Assembly: GCA_964187785.1 (NCBI GenBank) | Contig: OZ076409.1 | Coordinates: 93,188,001 to 93,252,000 of the forward strand | DNA length: 64,000 bases | From: Amphiscolops sp. MND2022 | Taxonomy: Eukaryota | Direction of reading: 5' to 3' | Shown: positions 1-13,987 of the stretch, piece by piece | How the letters are laid out: every line of letters begins with the position of its first letter | Numbering within the stretch: the stretch's first letter is position 1 | Notes under the pieces: model-generated | The model's input: only the letters and a program-made list of their open reading frames with translations | What the model was told of the DNA's origin: nothing | Databases searched by the model: none | Made by a program: the position numbers and the translations under genes

Positions 1-2559
1 TCCATTTTAGATAAATTAATCACCAATTTCGAATAGCTCCTTCTTTCGCTGAGACTGAAAATTTGCTGCGTTTACCTTATGCAACTGCTGCTTGATTCCC
101 GGCCTTTCATTTTATTCAAGTGAATTGTATTTTTATTCAATCAAAATGACAATTTGGTGTCTTTCTGTTTTAATTGCCTACCGAGTTTTGTTAGCATTCT
201 TGTTTATTCAAATAAAATTAGCTTTCATTCAGCTAAATTGGAATTGTGATAGCATTGATTTATTTTAGTTGTCATTTGTGGAATTTAGAAGCACGACATT
301 CAACTAAATTGAAATTTTGTTCATCTAAATAAGAAACGGTGTAAATGTGAATTCAGAACAGTACTTTGCAAAAGAGGCAAATTGTTTACAAATATGGCTG
401 GCGAATAGACAAAATGTTCTAGAAAATTCATGTTGTTTACAAATATCGATTTCACAGGTGATGACTTCGTTTAATCAATATTCGATATCGCACACATTTT
501 TCAACTTGTTTTTTTTGAAATGCCGGTTGTAAAAAGAGCAACCAGATATGCCTCATGTCACGTTAACATCCACACAAAACTACCGAAGCAAATTTCGTCA
601 GACCAGAAATGTCGATCAATGGTTGTTTCGAATAGGTGTCGTATTTGTCGTATTTGTCGTACATTTAATTCCATTGGACAGAAAAATTGCAAATTGACTT
701 TCACTTGGGCCTTTTTAAAAACAAATTCTATGTTTAGATTTGATATTCCAAAAATAAAACGTATTCCACAGAATTAAACGAAGAAAAATATTTTGTTCAC
801 AATAAACGTATTTTTCAAGCTTTTTTATGATTACCCCAAAATGGGGTTCCAATTTTCAGACTTTTAAAACAAATTTTTGTTCCACTTCACTGTTATCTGT
901 CAATATGAATGAATACACCACGAAAAAATCAATGAGCTGTTACCCTTACTTTCGAAACTGATAAATTTGATGAAAAATGCCAAAATGATTTTGGAAAATT
1001 TCAAATTGGATACCAAGTTGGAATTTTTTGAATTTATTGTTTTTGTTTCAATCGTTGTTAATAAGCGATTGGCTACGTTTGAACATGAATAGTTTGAAGT
1101 TGTTGCAGGGAAATTCCAGGCGGAAATATTCCGAGTGTCTAATTGATTTATATATGAATAGATGAAGTCGACCATGTGACATGAATGAATGGAACAATTT
1201 GAAAAAAAACATTAAATTGCTAAGATGTAATTTTTCGTAATAAACAATAATTCGACTTCATAGTAAATTTTCGTATTAAACAATACTCCGTTCAGCAGAA
1301 TGTTTGTTTTCATCATTTAATTGACCCATTCGAGCAAAAATTTTTGAAAAATAAACAAAAACTGTATACAACATATTTAAAACGTTTTACTTAATAAAAA
1401 TTGTATAATAAACAAGCTTATTTGTATACGAACTTGGAATGCTGCCAATAAACAATAAACGCAATTTCAAAATTGCTCACAGTCTTTTTATTGGCACTGC
1501 TTATTAGTGCATTGACGAAGAAACTGGGAGCTTGTGTTGAAAATGCAATTTATCATTGAAGATATCAATTTTTCTTGCAAGTAACATGAATATTCAGAAG
1601 CATTTTTTTATAGAAATCATTCTTAAATGAAATACAGGAATTGTGAAATGTGACATTCAAAATGAAAAACTTTAAAAAATTTTCAATCCAGAAGATTGTC
1701 ACAAGGGACGTGTCAGATTTTGGTTTATCGATAAATTACTCGCGATTAACAAGCGCTAAATAATTTCTAGATACTCAATCTCAAAGTGCTGAAATCTTTC
1801 CTAAGTATTAAGCAAGGAATCTTATCTAATGAGAAAGTTTCAGTACTTTGAGACAGAATCGATTTATTTTACAGGTGATAAAATTCTGATTAACAAAAGA
1901 AGTATGAGATCTTATAAAAACCGATTTGACATTTCGAGTTTGCATCAACGGGGTCTGTGATAGTGATTTGCTGAATAACTGCTCCCAATTACGGGAAAAT
2001 TAGAATTGAATCATCAATATGGATATTTCTTATTTGACGAAACGTTCTCGTAAGAATTCAATGGTATTAATATCGATGAAATCTCAAAATTGATTTTTGT
2101 TGAGATTAGTAACAGATTAGTTCTTAGATTGTTCTTTTAACCTCATTTCAGAAGCAATGCAAATTTAGCGAGAGGCTGATTTAGTAAATGTTTAGTAGCC
2201 TTTTTTGAAAACGGGTTTCAAATTCACTTAATTTCATTTTTCAAAGTTATTACTCGGACTTTGAACCTGGCGCCTAAACGCTGATTAAACTAAACGCAGT
2301 GGAGTTGCATCATTTTCTTCAGGAATCCCAAGATAATCAAAAAGAGGAAAGGTTACGTTTAGGGGTCAAATATGATTGAATTTGTAGAAAAGGCTGGGTA
2401 TTTTATCAAAAAATGATTATTTTAAGCGGGAGTTGACATTTGAAGACAAAGCAAAATTTCCACTTTTTTAAAAAAAAGTCATTGTCGCGAATTAACGAAG
2501 CTCAACGGATTTTATGGAAATGTTTTCATAGACGCTCACTTTAATTTTTAGATAATAAT

Positions 2560-2904
2560 TTTTATCAAAACATTTTCAACCTAGGACTGTCTCGTGATAA
2601 CCCCTTTGGTTTTGGTTTTTGACTTTTTTGGATAGTAAAAAGCGTTTTTAAGCTTGAAAGTCCCCTTTGGAGTTTTTGTAGCACTGTACGACGTTTTTTC
2701 GAAAAAAATATTATATCAATTTGGTTTTTCTTTGATGTTTTCAGTAACTGAGAAGCGTTTTCTATGCACGAAAGGCTTCTTTGAGGTATTTTTTGATACT
2801 CCTATATTTGAGAGATTTTATTCAAAAATGCCTTGAGGAAAGTTTAACAACTGAGCTTTTTGAGCCTCAAGCAGGGCGCCGACTTGAGACGTTCCCGTCT
2901 TGTT
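2560..2904 (+). mobile_element. 3' part of a HINE-like repeat (5' boundary approximate)
   Basis: GGCGCCGACTTGAGACGTTCCCGTCTTGTT family 3' end at ~2875-2904. Confidence 0.45.
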
Positions 2905-3140
2905 ATTTCGTTTTTATGATGTTTTTTGAGGGTATCAACTCTCTAGTCTGTTTTGTAGCTACCGCCAAGTTGAGCAGAGTCGTTGGCGGCGTCGTTGGAA
3001 CAACAAACAAAACTATCTGCCCTAGCTCGCAGAAATATTCCTCGAAGCTTTTTCCAGACAGTTTTCTATGCCAAAAAGTGCATGAACATTTGGTTTCCCA
3101 GAAACAAATTCGTTTTCGAGTTTCAACGAATTTTTATGTC

Positions 3141-3665
3141 TTTTTAGTCGGCGCTTTTGGAGAGAAGTACCCGACTCTTACAGTGGGTAGTTTTTATTTA
3201 TACGCGTAAGGTCCACTTTTTTGTTCATTTGTTCAACTTGAAGTAGGGATGTCCAAAACATAATGGAAACGTCAGAACCTCGTCAAAAACAAAACCGACG
3301 TCCAGAGTCTCGGAAAGATACTAAGGATCCCGTTGGTGTTATTAACTTTTTATTTTTTATTTTTATTTTCATTATTTATTAACCCTTGTTATTTTTTCAG
3401 GACTCTGCGACTTTCTCCGAAAAAATTGTATCTTAAGGGTCCCCCTTCATTTTTTTGATGTTTTGCAACAGGACGGATGTTGAAGAATCCCAATGGTCCC
3501 CATTTCAACTCGCCAGGAGCTCGCGCTAGCGGGCACCCGGGCGCCAATTCGGTCGTTTGGGTTTTTCGAAAGTATTTAGAAACGTTTTTGTAAGTTTTTC
3601 TTAAAGAACGTCCTTATGATATTTTGACCGGTATAGCGCCGACTTTGGCCGTTCCCGGTTTGATT
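3141..3665 (+). mobile_element. Helentron/HINE-like non-autonomous repeat
   Basis: Starts TTTTTAGTCGGCGC and ends GCGCCGACTT plus a GC-rich hairpin (TGGCCGTTCCCGG) then TT. Subterminal inverted repeats are shared by about 10 copies in the window. Confidence 0.65.
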
Positions 3666-4041
3666 ATACTGCAAGCCATCGATTTTGCAAAAAGGTATAC
3701 TGAAAATATTTTTCATCAGTTTTTGGCTTTTTTCACAATCAACGTCACAAATCTCAATGTAACCTTCAAATACAGCTGATCCAAGGGTATATTTTCGTAG
3801 CTCTGGATATCTACTAGAAGCCTCCCATCTCACGTTTTTGACTAAAACAACCTCTCAAAGAAAATTGCACAAGAAAAAGAACGTTGGTCTTTTGCCCCAT
3901 GTATTAAGGTAGGACATAGCTGAAAGTTTCACTTGTGATTGAACTTCTTTTGTGTTTACTGTTGACAAACACGACACATGGAAAGCTTTTAGATAAAACT
4001 CATGGGTTCGACAATGAATGATGAAAAATGTTAGAACTGTT

Positions 4042-4245
4042 TGTTGACGTGGAACTCGAATAAGAATATAAAAGAATAAGAGGATGAAGAATGTATTATG
4101 TTGAGAATGAATTGAAGTGTTTTTATCAACGTGTTTTCTCTCTAGGCTCATGTGGCAAGTGATGCTAGCATAGAATTCTAGAGCTAGACTTTTGACAGGT
4201 TGTTAATACATATTTACAGATAACACTTCAGTGACTTCTACCACA
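4042..4245 (-). repeat. 3' LTR of Gypsy element 1
   Basis: Direct repeat of 9011-9214; preceded on the minus strand by the purine tract AAAAACGGGGAA (4246-4257). Confidence 0.95.
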
Positions 4246-4387
4246 TTCCCCGTTTTTGGGAAGTTTGTACAAATTTCAATCCTCAGTTTTCTTTCAACAA
4301 TGTTTGACTAAAAACAACAACTCAAAATAAAACTGGTAGTACAGTTTACGTTATGGTAAAGTAAGGTTTATCAATCATGTTTTTGTT

Positions 4388-7300
4388 TTAATCTTCGGAT
4401 TGATTGTTCTCTTGAATGATATCAATTCCGTATCTCTTTGTGGGTATGCGAACTCTTTCTGAAGATCTTTTAGCGGCTTCTGATGGCTTCTCCTCCCGTT
4501 CCCACTATGCTGTGGCTTTTATGGGGAATGATGCAATTCCGGGGTTTTGCACAATTTCCGGCTTCTCATCAGGGATGCTCTTTTTCTCTTCTTCCTTGTT
4601 TCTGTTTGGCTCTTCTTCTGTGCTGGTACTCGTCGTTAGGTCGATAACTGGGGGCCTCATCTCTTCCTCGTTATCGATTTGGACTTCTACTGTGAGCCGG
4701 GGTTTTTTCTTTTGCTTCTTCTTTCTCTCCATTTTGTTTTCTGTGGTTTCTGATTCTGAAGTCAAGTCGATTATTGCTCTTTTCTTCTTTTTCTTTTCAG
4801 GCTCGTTTGTCTTTTAAAATTTTTCTTTTTGTTCTCTAGTTGCAACGGCCAGGTCCCGTTTTGCGTAGGTTTTTGGTTTCTTTGAACCTTCGGGCAAAAG
4901 AGTGATGGTGTGCGCTGACTCCTTTATCTTTCTCCCTGTCTTTTTGTCGAAAGCGCCTTGCAATTTCGTTCCTCTGGCCCTTTCCCTGACGAGAACCGTC
5001 GAATCTAGTTCGTCCTGGAAATCCGAGTTGTCGAATTGGAGGTCGGGGTCCTGTTCTGAAATATCCAGAAGTTTTGAGACTAAATTCGATTTTACCGTGT
5101 TTGGTTCCCTTCCCCATTGCTTTTCAAACGGTGAGCTCCCATCTTTCTTTTTGCTTATTCGTAGTGCGTACAGAATTTCCGACAGTCCTGATTGGTCCTT
5201 TGTTACTATTATTTGCTTATTTGTTCGCAAGCGTTCATTGATCGTTCTTATTAGTCGCTCAATTTAGCCATTTCCCTGTGATCACGCACCGGACAGATTA
5301 TGTGTTCTATTCCAAAGTGTCGACAAAATCGGGCGAATTCTTCGCTTACGAACACCGTGCCAGGGTCTGTTCTTATTTTCTTTGGGACTCCATATTGCGC
5401 AATATAATGTTTCAAAAATTCAATTACCTTTTTCGTGGTTGGACATCTTAAGAATTTCGCGTCTGGCCACCCCGAAAAATGATCGATTGACACCAGTAAG
5501 TATTTATTTACTTCTCTCGCATTTTGAAAGGATCCCGCAAAATCTAACGCTATTTCCTCATTTTGCTGTTTTGTTTTTGGAATTTTTCCTTGTTCTTTTT
5601 GACTTTGAATGCACTTTATATTCTTACCTGCTTCTAAGCATTGGTCACACAGACGGGCATGATCTATCACCTCACGGTGAATTCGGGGCCACCAAATATC
5701 TCCAACCATAGCTAACATCGCATCGCGACCGGGATGCCCGTAATGAAGGGAGCATATTATCATTGCCCGCATTGATTGGGGATTAACCAAGCGGTTATCC
5801 ATGTATAAAAAGTTTCGATCATCCGTGGAAAACGACTGGAATTTTTTTCGCCACGGGGACGGGAGACGGCTTACTGCGGTTTTGTTATGGTTTTTTACTA
5901 CTGCAATAACGCGCTGTATGGTTTTGTCAGCAAAGTAATTAGCTGGCAATAGCTTTTCATTAAGCAATTTAATCGCGGATTTTTTGCTCTTGCTTGACTT
6001 GCTTGAATTAATTGCAAAGTGAATCTTACTTGATTTCCGCGAATTGCGTTTGTCCTGCTTTCTGATTGGCTCGCGTGTTTTGGTCTGATTTGTGCGGTTT
6101 ATGCTCATTCTTTCACTCTCGCTTTGTCCGCTCGCTTGCGTCTCGTCTTCTAAAACATCTTTCAAACTAATTACACTATTTACAGTAAACCATTCATTCC
6201 ACAGTGCTTCTGCTTTTAATGATGCTCCCTCTAATTCGGTTGGATGACGCGATAGATAATCTGCCATTCTTAGTGTTCTCCCGGCTACATGCACTACTTC
6301 GAATTCAAAGGGTAGTAATCTATCTACCCATCTGGTTAACCTGTACACCATATACATAATTTTTAAAATGTTCAACTGCCCATACAATTGCTAATAATTC
6401 CAATTCATTTATGGAGTATTTTGTTTCGAAATCTGTTAAAAATCGTGAAGCAAAGCAAATTGGTCTCCATTCATTGTTGCTTTGTTTTTGTTGTAATACT
6501 GCGCCTAAACAACTTTTGCTTGCACAAATTATTCTGATTTCTTGGTTCCGTTTGAAATGTGATAATTCTACTACATTCTTAATTCTTTATTAATTTGTAC
6601 AAATGCTTTTTCATGATCTTCATTCCACTCCCACTCTGCATCTTTCTTTAAAATAGATCTAAAAGGAAAACTAATTGAAGCTAAACTAGGGATGAATTTA
6701 TTAAATTGGTTGACTGCGCCCAGAAATGAGCGTAATTATTTTAAGTTGGTCGGTCGTGGTTTTCACTTATGCCCTGGGACTTTGTGTTAATTGCGGAAAT
6801 ACCAGTTCGCGTTAATTTGAAGCCTAGCCATTCTATGCTGTCTTGAGCAATTATTCCTTTTCCCGCCTTTAGCTGCAAATTGGCGTCGTCCAATATTCTC
6901 AAGACTTCTCTCACTTTATTTACATGCTGTTGCTTAGTTCCCTTAGTTACAATTAAAACATAATCTATGTACACAAATACACTATTTACATTGGCTAGCG
7001 TCAAATCCATTAATTTTTGGAATTCAGTTGGCATTACTGTAGGTCCGTAGTATCCGGTAGTAAATCGATATTTACCAGTTGATTTTCCTCCAACTATCTG
7101 AAGGTTACAGTGTCTTTTTGTTAACTCATGTATTGGGATCTGCCCGTAGGCATACGTCATATCTACAGACGAATACCAGGCCTCCCCCTCACTTTTTTCC
7201 AATTCTTCCGCAATCATGTCTATCAAATTATCTAGATTTGGCATCTGGTATTTGTCCTTAGCGATTGACTCATTCAGGGCCCGTGCATCTAGCGCTATTT

Positions 7301-7805
7301 TCACCGATTTATCCTTTTTAACTGTAATGACTGTTGGTTGGATAAATACGTCATCTTGAATTTTGTCTACTTTTTCAATATGGCCGTCTTTTAACAATTT
7401 TTCAATTTCTTTATCTACTTGATCCTGTAATTGAATAGGAAATCGGCGGCCCTTTTGTTGTGAAATTTTCGCATTATCTTTCATATCGATTTTAATTTCG
7501 TAATTTTTTACTCGACCTTTTCTTTTGAACAAATCTGGAAATTCCCTTATTATTTGTTGAACTTCGGGACTGATACTTTTTTCGGGACTTATCTCATTTA
7601 TCGCTTTGGCGTCATCCCCCGCTTCAGTGTTTACTTTACACTCACCTCTTTCTATTGGCTGACTGATTTTGTAGCGTAGAGCAATTAGCCAATCACGGCC
7701 GATTATGGACTTTCCGCTGTTTGGTGCTACTTGCACTCTTGCCTTCGAGACAGTAACACCAGCAACTTCTAAGCATACAAATTGATAGCCCATTAGATCC
7801 AGGGG
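4388..7805 (-). pseudogene. pol: pol (RT, RNase H, integrase) of element 1, with stops, frameshifts and an RNase H deletion
   Basis: RT motifs in 6741-7793 (DARALN, DMTYAYGQIP, YIDY in place of YxDD). RNase H ELELLAIVWAVEHFKNY near 6350-6410, jumping to LTRWVDRLLPF. Integrase HYGHPG...CDQC, LDFAG, RTDPG in 5251-6387, continuing in 4814-5230 after a frameshift. Confidence 0.9.
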
Positions 7806-9011
7806 TTATTTGTTGTAGTCTACGTACCGCTCGTTGTCTATCATATCCCTGATAACAACTTTTCTTTTACCAACGATTTTTGTCAAATCTCGTTTTTTAA
7901 AAATAGATACCGAGGACCCAGTATCGATGATAGCTTTAAAATAATTTCCACACAAGGTTCCTTCCATGAAGAAAGGCTTGCTTCCATTTCCGTCGATTTG
8001 GAGAACTAATTGCTCTTCGTTGCTGTCAGATTCCTCCTCCTCGCTTTCTTCATCAATATAGTTTGCTCTTCGCATTCCTTGAAAATTACTGCTTCTAGAT
8101 TTCAGCCCCTGCAGCATTTCTTTTTGACGTTGGGGAAACTTCTTATTGTAGCATTTTTCCAAATGCCCGACAATTTTGCAGAATTTACATCGGTTGTTTG
8201 TTGCTGTACGATTTTTTATGTGCTCCGGGGTAAAGTTGGATTCCCCACATCTGACGCATTCCCTCGGGTTAAATGACTTTTCGATTGCATACACAGGCTC
8301 GGTTTTCACCGCAATTTTGGGGTTTTCTATTGTTTGTAGGCCGTACGATTTTTGTCTTTTCACCCCCTCCTCGAACGCAATTGCAAATTCCAAGGCTTGA
8401 TATGGCTCACGGGGTTCGATGCAAAGTTTCTCCTGTACTTTTTTATTGTTCATGTGTAGGATGAACATATCTAGTACGAGGGTTTTCGTTATCTCCCCGA
8501 AATCGCAAAGAGCTGCTAGCCCATTTAGCGTATGCCAAAATTGTTGAAGCGTCTCGCCAGGTTGCTGCATTCTCGAGAAAAATTAATGCCGGTCGAGGGT
8601 TCGATTTCTTTTTATCTGAAAACAGTCCGTGGCTAGTTGTATTAGTTCTCTCACCTTTAGATTCCAAAGGGTCGTGTGGGGATATTTGTCTTTGAATAAT
8701 TTCCTTGCCGCCTCTCCAAGTGACAAGTACAGCACGCTAACCACCTTTTTGTTGGCAGGGTCTTCGTCCATATCCCCCAATAAAGCTCGTGCCCTTGGAT
8801 TCTGCTGATCGGCATCACGGGTCAGCTCAGTGATTGAAATTGAGAATTTGGCCATAACGGCCACCTGGAAAAGATCCAACCACTTGTCCCAGTCCCTAGT
8901 AGGGATTGAATTGGCCTCATGCCAATACACTGGGAGCCCGACGAGGTGTGACATTGCAGTTGTTGACAATGTTAAGGAGGAAGAATTGCTGCTTTCTGCT
9001 CGCAGCGCCAT
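7806..9011 (-). pseudogene. gag: gag and aspartic protease of element 1 (in-frame stop at 8583-8585)
   Basis: ORFs 8583-9098 and 7806-8570 share a frame. Zinc-knuckle region CVRC...H / CKFCKIVGHLEKC and protease motif IIDTGS. Confidence 0.88.
8996..9010 (-). promoter_or_regulatory. Primer-binding site, probably tRNA-Ser
   Basis: TGGCGCTGCGAGCAG abuts the 5' LTR. Its complement CTGCTCGCAGCGCCA resembles the 3' end of eukaryotic tRNA-Ser(CGA/UGA); isotype recalled, not searched. Confidence 0.75.
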
Positions 9012-9214
9012 GTTGACGTGGAATTCGAATAAGAATATAAAAGAATAAGAGGATGAAGAATGTATTATGTTGAGAATGAATTGAAGTGTTTTTATCAACG
9101 TGTTTTCTCTCTAGGCTCATGTGGCAAGTGATGCTAGCATAGAATTCTAGAGCTAGACTTTTGACAGGTTGTTAATACATATTTACAGATAACACTTCAG
9201 TGACCTCTACCACA
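9011..9214 (-). repeat. 5' LTR of Gypsy element 1
   Basis: Direct repeat of 4042-4245; followed on the minus strand by the PBS TGGCGCTGCGAGCAG. Confidence 0.95.
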
Positions 9215-11287
9215 CTGTTACGTGAACAAAAATATTTATCAAAATTGGTCGCAGTTGATTTCGGGTTGCAAAAGTAAAAACGTTATTTGGCTAAATCATT
9301 GATTCGATGCATTTTTTGTTTTTGATAGGCAAACACTCAGCAAAAGACAGTTACGTCTACGGGCTAGTGTATAGGGTTTCAAACTATACAAAAAGCGTCC
9401 GTCTAAGAAGCAACATATCTAACAACATTCTGTTTTGAATAAGCTTTGTAGTTTCACGCGGTCTTCCAGGAAATTGCAATTTCGATGCTTTTGCTTTTTG
9501 AATATTGTCTTTAGGTTTAGCGTATCTGATTGCAATCCAATAAATGAAACATTGAATGCATGTACATAATTGAGAAATCAAAATGTTATCGCAGGGCGTT
9601 CGCGTCTGTAACGAAGTTAGAAAGATTTTCGTTTTTAATTGCAATGGTATGTGTAAAATGCAGTGTAATCGTACAAGGTTTACCGCTGGAAAGTCCTTAT
9701 TTTCCAAGGTTTTCTGAAAAACTACCATGCGTGTAGACCTGCAGCATGGTATAATTCTAGCAATCACAACTAAAGAAAGTAAACACTTGTTTGAGTAGTT
9801 TTTTTCAACACACTTGAAGAAAAAATCCGATGTTTTTATTGCATCTGTGAGCGTGTATAACCGAAAGTCCTTTTACAGGCAATAGGAACATATATATATT
9901 TTTAAAAATTCAGAAGAGATTGGATTTTTTTGCTCTACACAATATTTAGCTGTTTTAATTAAACGTTCAAGGTCGAGATGTTGATTCTGTTTTGTACGTT
10001 TTAACGTGTCTTCAAAGTGAATTTTAGAAACTTTCCGTTGGATCAAAAAATGTTTGCGGTGTTTGATACTCTGTGATTAATTTCCAATACATTACATTTT
10101 GAAACAAATAGCAGAACTTCTTCTACGCTATTTTAGTAGGCACATATTGAACTAAATGTTTCAGTGAAACCATTTTTCTTTTTTCTCCTGTCCGAGAGTC
10201 TAAGGGTCACCTAAGGGTGGCCCCTTTTCCAAAGGCTCTACAACTTGACCCAAAGAAGCCAAAGGGTCACTCTTTTCAGTATTCCACTTTTTTACTATTA
10301 CTTTTTTACTTTGAATTTTCTGACACTGAGATTGTTCATAAATTATATAATAGAACCATTTAGCATAATATAGAAGGCACTTTCAAGTGCTCACTCGTCT
10401 CATTCATACGAAATTAGCTTGGTATGACTTTTACAAGCAGTTTGTTTGAGCGGATATTTGAAAGGCGGACACTGTTGATTTAGTTAATTTCCTTATTCAA
10501 TAAAAATTACGAATAGTAATTGATCTCTCGAAATCTTCGGAAAAAACATTTGTTTTGAGTCAATTACTCCCAGTTGAGAGAAAAAAACAGATAAAAAGAA
10601 AATGCCTTCCAGTGGTTAACAAGATTGTATGCATGTCCAAGTTTCTCGTCAAATTTAAATTTAAAAAAAGAAGTCCCCGAAGAATTGAAATTTGCCCAGA
10701 TCAAAAAAATAACAAAAGACTATCGGAAAAGTCAATTTGGAAATAAATTGAGAAGGATTTCCAAATCGAGAACCCGTCATCCCTATAATTTGCTATCCTT
10801 TATTCAAACACTCTTCCTATATCCTCGCATTACCAAATATGGAAAACTTTGGTATTTCTTCAAATTGGCCTTTTCGAACATTTCAGCTTCAATTAGCTGT
10901 ATTCGAGCATTGCGCAGAATGAAGATTTGACATGTTCTAACGGGTTGACAAGCAGTGATATTTCATCCTTCGAATTAGCCTCATTTGTTGCTAAATTCGA
11001 GTAACCCCCAATTCAGGGATAATTGTTGATAGCTTTAACCACAGCGGCATCGAGACGTCGAAGACTAACACTTTTGAAAATTGCTTCAATTTTGGCAAGC
11101 GAAAAAATATTTTCGCTTTTTGTTTCAACACGACCAAAGCACGATGAAAATTCATGGCGTTTTGATACTTCACTTAAGTAATACTTCACATAATTATGAC
11201 AAAATAAACTTTTAAGAACCAATCAGAAGCAAAACCTTCAAACTTGTATTCGATTCGAACTATTATTTTTCTTTTTCGTTTTCTTGC

Positions 11288-11775
11288 AACAAAACCAAGT
11301 CGGCGCCATATCTAAGGCTCAAAAAGACTCGAAAAGGAAAACCACTTTTTCTACAACTGGAGACAACAAAAGCTCTCAAAAAACTAAAAATTGAGAAAAA
11401 ATTCCCGAAATTTGTTTTCGAAATTTTTTTTGAAGTTTCCGGTAAGTCGCATAGTGCCGAAAAATGTAAAAAAGGGGACGCTTTGGGATTTTTTGATCAT
11501 CCATTCTGTTGCAAAATATCAAAAATTGATGGAACAATAAAAAAAATTTCGGAAAAAAAATCAGTCTCACAGTGCCGGAAAAAGGTAGAAAGTCTCGCAT
11601 CCATGTTAGAGGCTTTGGATGCGTTGAAAATGAAGTACTAAGTACATATGGTATATATGGTAATAGTTGGTAAATGTGCATTAATGCACAAAAAGAGGAC
11701 GTTTCGCGTTGAACTGACGAAAAAAAACTAGCCACTGTAAGAGTCGGGATTTTCTTCGAAAACGCCGACTAAAAA
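11288..11775 (-). mobile_element. Helentron/HINE-like repeat
   Basis: AAGTCGGCGCCATATCTAAGGCTC at the left and CGCCGACTAAAAA at the right, i.e. the family ends in reverse orientation. Confidence 0.65.
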
Positions 11776-12658
11776 CTACGATAACTTTCTCAATAATTTT
11801 CTTTCTCAATATAGCGCTGCTGATAAGTGCGCTTTTCAAAGTTTTGATAAATGTACTGGAAACTTCACGGTGGAAATGTATCGGTATGAGTTGTCGCTAT
11901 GTCATACTTTCAAGCCATTTACGAGGATTTCTGTTGTTTTCCATGCTTTACTTAGAAAACCGCCTTTTTTGAGCATTAAGGATCCCCTCATCCTTACTAC
12001 GCAATTTTGCACTTACATCACGTTTCATTCAACCAATTCGGGTTTTCTGATTTTTTCAGTTGAGAAAAAGTTTTTTTTGGAGCCTGAAGCACTACTGTTT
12101 GTGTATTTTTGTACAGATTTTTTATCCGATTTCTGAAATCTGTCTCAAAAAGCTTTTTGAGCATGTTTAGAAGATTTGACTCCTTTTGGGTTTTAGGCGG
12201 GGCACCTGCTTAGCCGTTGTTCCCAGTTTGTGCTATATTTACCAGAGTTTGGACACCGCTAATCAATGATTTAGCGAATTAGCGGCCGCGCATATTTTTT
12301 TCAGTGATTCTATTAAGGATTCAAATTAGCGGCAACTAATAGACGGTCCAAGTGCAAAATTTCCTTGGAAAATTTGCGGAGTTTCAAAATGAATTTCTCA
12401 AAAGTTTCCAACTCTTACACTTGTAAAACACACAGTATGAGAAATTTTAGTCTTTCTTCCTGCGAAAATTTCAGTAAGTTATCATTGAATTTGGGAACAT
12501 ACTTGAATTCAAACATTTTAATTTACATACATTTAATGGTTTCAAGATAAAGTTTTCAGCGAAATAGCGATTTGAAAAGAAGCGGTTCAGCGAATAGTGA
12601 AAAACTTTCGATGTCAAACTTTGATGTTTAAGTACTTAGTTTGGCGCTATTGTTTCAG

Positions 12659-12821
12659 TGATCACGCCCATGGTGTTTCAACTGCAGTTCGAGCGAGTTC
12701 TGTTCGGCACTACAGGCTGCAAGGCGTTCGGAATGTTGTTCAACATCTACTTGGTCGGCACACCTCTCTTCATGGTTCTCAACGCCGTAGAACGCTTCAT
12801 CGCTGTCGTGTACCCACTCAA
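12659..12821 (+). CDS. Exon of a host rhodopsin-class (class A) GPCR, ECL1-TM3
   Basis: Bounded by tttcAG and GTaagt. Translates VITPMVFQLQFERVLFGTTGCKAFGMLFNIYLVGTPLFMVLNAVERFIAVVYPL(K), with the FG..GCK and E-R-F (DRY-type) motifs. Not in the ORF track. Confidence 0.88.
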
Positions 12822-13383
12822 GTAAGTTACACACAAGTTACATCAATGGTTTGCTGCACACTCAGAGTGTTTTCATTGTCACCATTCCACTAACTTTAGT
12901 GTCATTTGCTGATATCTGATATTTTGTTTATTATTTAACGACCCCGAAATTACGAATTTTGTGATGCGTTTTCTTCCAAATTCTGCCAAACTTGACTCAC
13001 CTACTCACCTGACTATTTTAGTTACTTGACTATTTTAGTTACTTCACTATTTTATGGGAACAATATCTAAAGTCAAAAAAGAGAATAACATCTAAAGGGA
13101 TTAAGATCTAAAATCACTTAATGTTAGATCGTATTCTTTATATCCTATTCCCCAAAATACCTACGGCGAAAGTGAAGAGGACGGAAAATATCCCGGTGCT
13201 CAGCGGGCGTCTTGTTAAAGATTGTATTGTTAATAATTTGTATCTTAATTAGGTCTGATGGCATAAAATTTGTGCTAAAATTTGTCCCAAGTTAAACCTT
13301 TCGCAAAGTACCGTGAAATGAGGATCTTCATACTGTCAATTTCATGTAGGAAGAGAAATGCTCTGAAAAAAAAAGAAGACAAC

Positions 13384-13987
13384 CTTGTCGAGAAAAACAT
13401 ATATTGCAAGAATCTTGCTAAACAATCATGAAAAATGTAAATCGTGCAAGATTTTGGCAGAAAAGGCAAATCTTGCAAGAATCTGACAGAAAGGTCATAT
13501 CTTGTAAGATTCTTGCAAGATTCTTGAAAGACTTGCATCACTAAGAAAATTTACATCACTATGCATACAAAAACTCTGCTGCAAATTGACACGTTTCTTT
13601 GGCCGTGAACATAAAGCATTAAAAAAGATACAACGCTCTAAACCACCTATGTTTGATTGGGATTTTTAACATTGCACGAAAAAACTGTTCTTCAACGGAT
13701 CTGATTCAATGCTTACTGGATTTGCATCTAACTGTATCGGATGAACTCCAAACAGAAAAGAAAATTTTTCACCATTGAACCCATTTCCGTTTTGAAGGGT
13801 GACTGTTTCAATTGCCAAAATATCTTGAGGAGGGCAGCCTATGAAAAATAGTCTTGCAAGATAATTTGAACCTTGCAAGATACTTGCAAGATGACAGAAT
13901 ACTTGCAAGAAACCTGCCAGGTTAATGCATTCACTTGCAAGAATGTCTGCCAGAATCTTGCAACCTTTTGTGTTTTTCCAAACCAAG
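13384..13987. mobile_element. Degenerate MITE-like element with subterminal TCTTGCAAGA repeats
   Basis: Imperfect inverted ends CTTG..GAAAAACA / TGTTTTTC..CAAG; clusters of palindromic TCTTGCAAGA near both ends. A similar motif cluster occurs at ~47800-48345. Confidence 0.4.

Larger units (their letters stand above)
4042..9214 (-). mobile_element. Ty3/Gypsy LTR retrotransposon (Mag-like), degenerate
   Basis: Two 204-bp LTRs (4042-4245, 9011-9214; TG...CA, 2 mismatches seen) and 5-bp TSD CTGTT (4037-4041, 9215-9219). PBS and PPT present. Domain order gag-PR-RT-RH-IN on the minus strand. Confidence 0.96.

Noticed and set aside
1..2500. Short ORFs and a 9-bp tandem repeat (~638-665) in AT-rich DNA
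   Set aside because: No recognisable motifs; may hold decayed TE sequence but nothing supportable.
2930..3010. LLNLAVA (GPCR TM2-like) peptide on the minus strand
   Set aside because: Wrong strand for the GPCR gene, lacks the conserved Asp and has no splice context; treated as chance.
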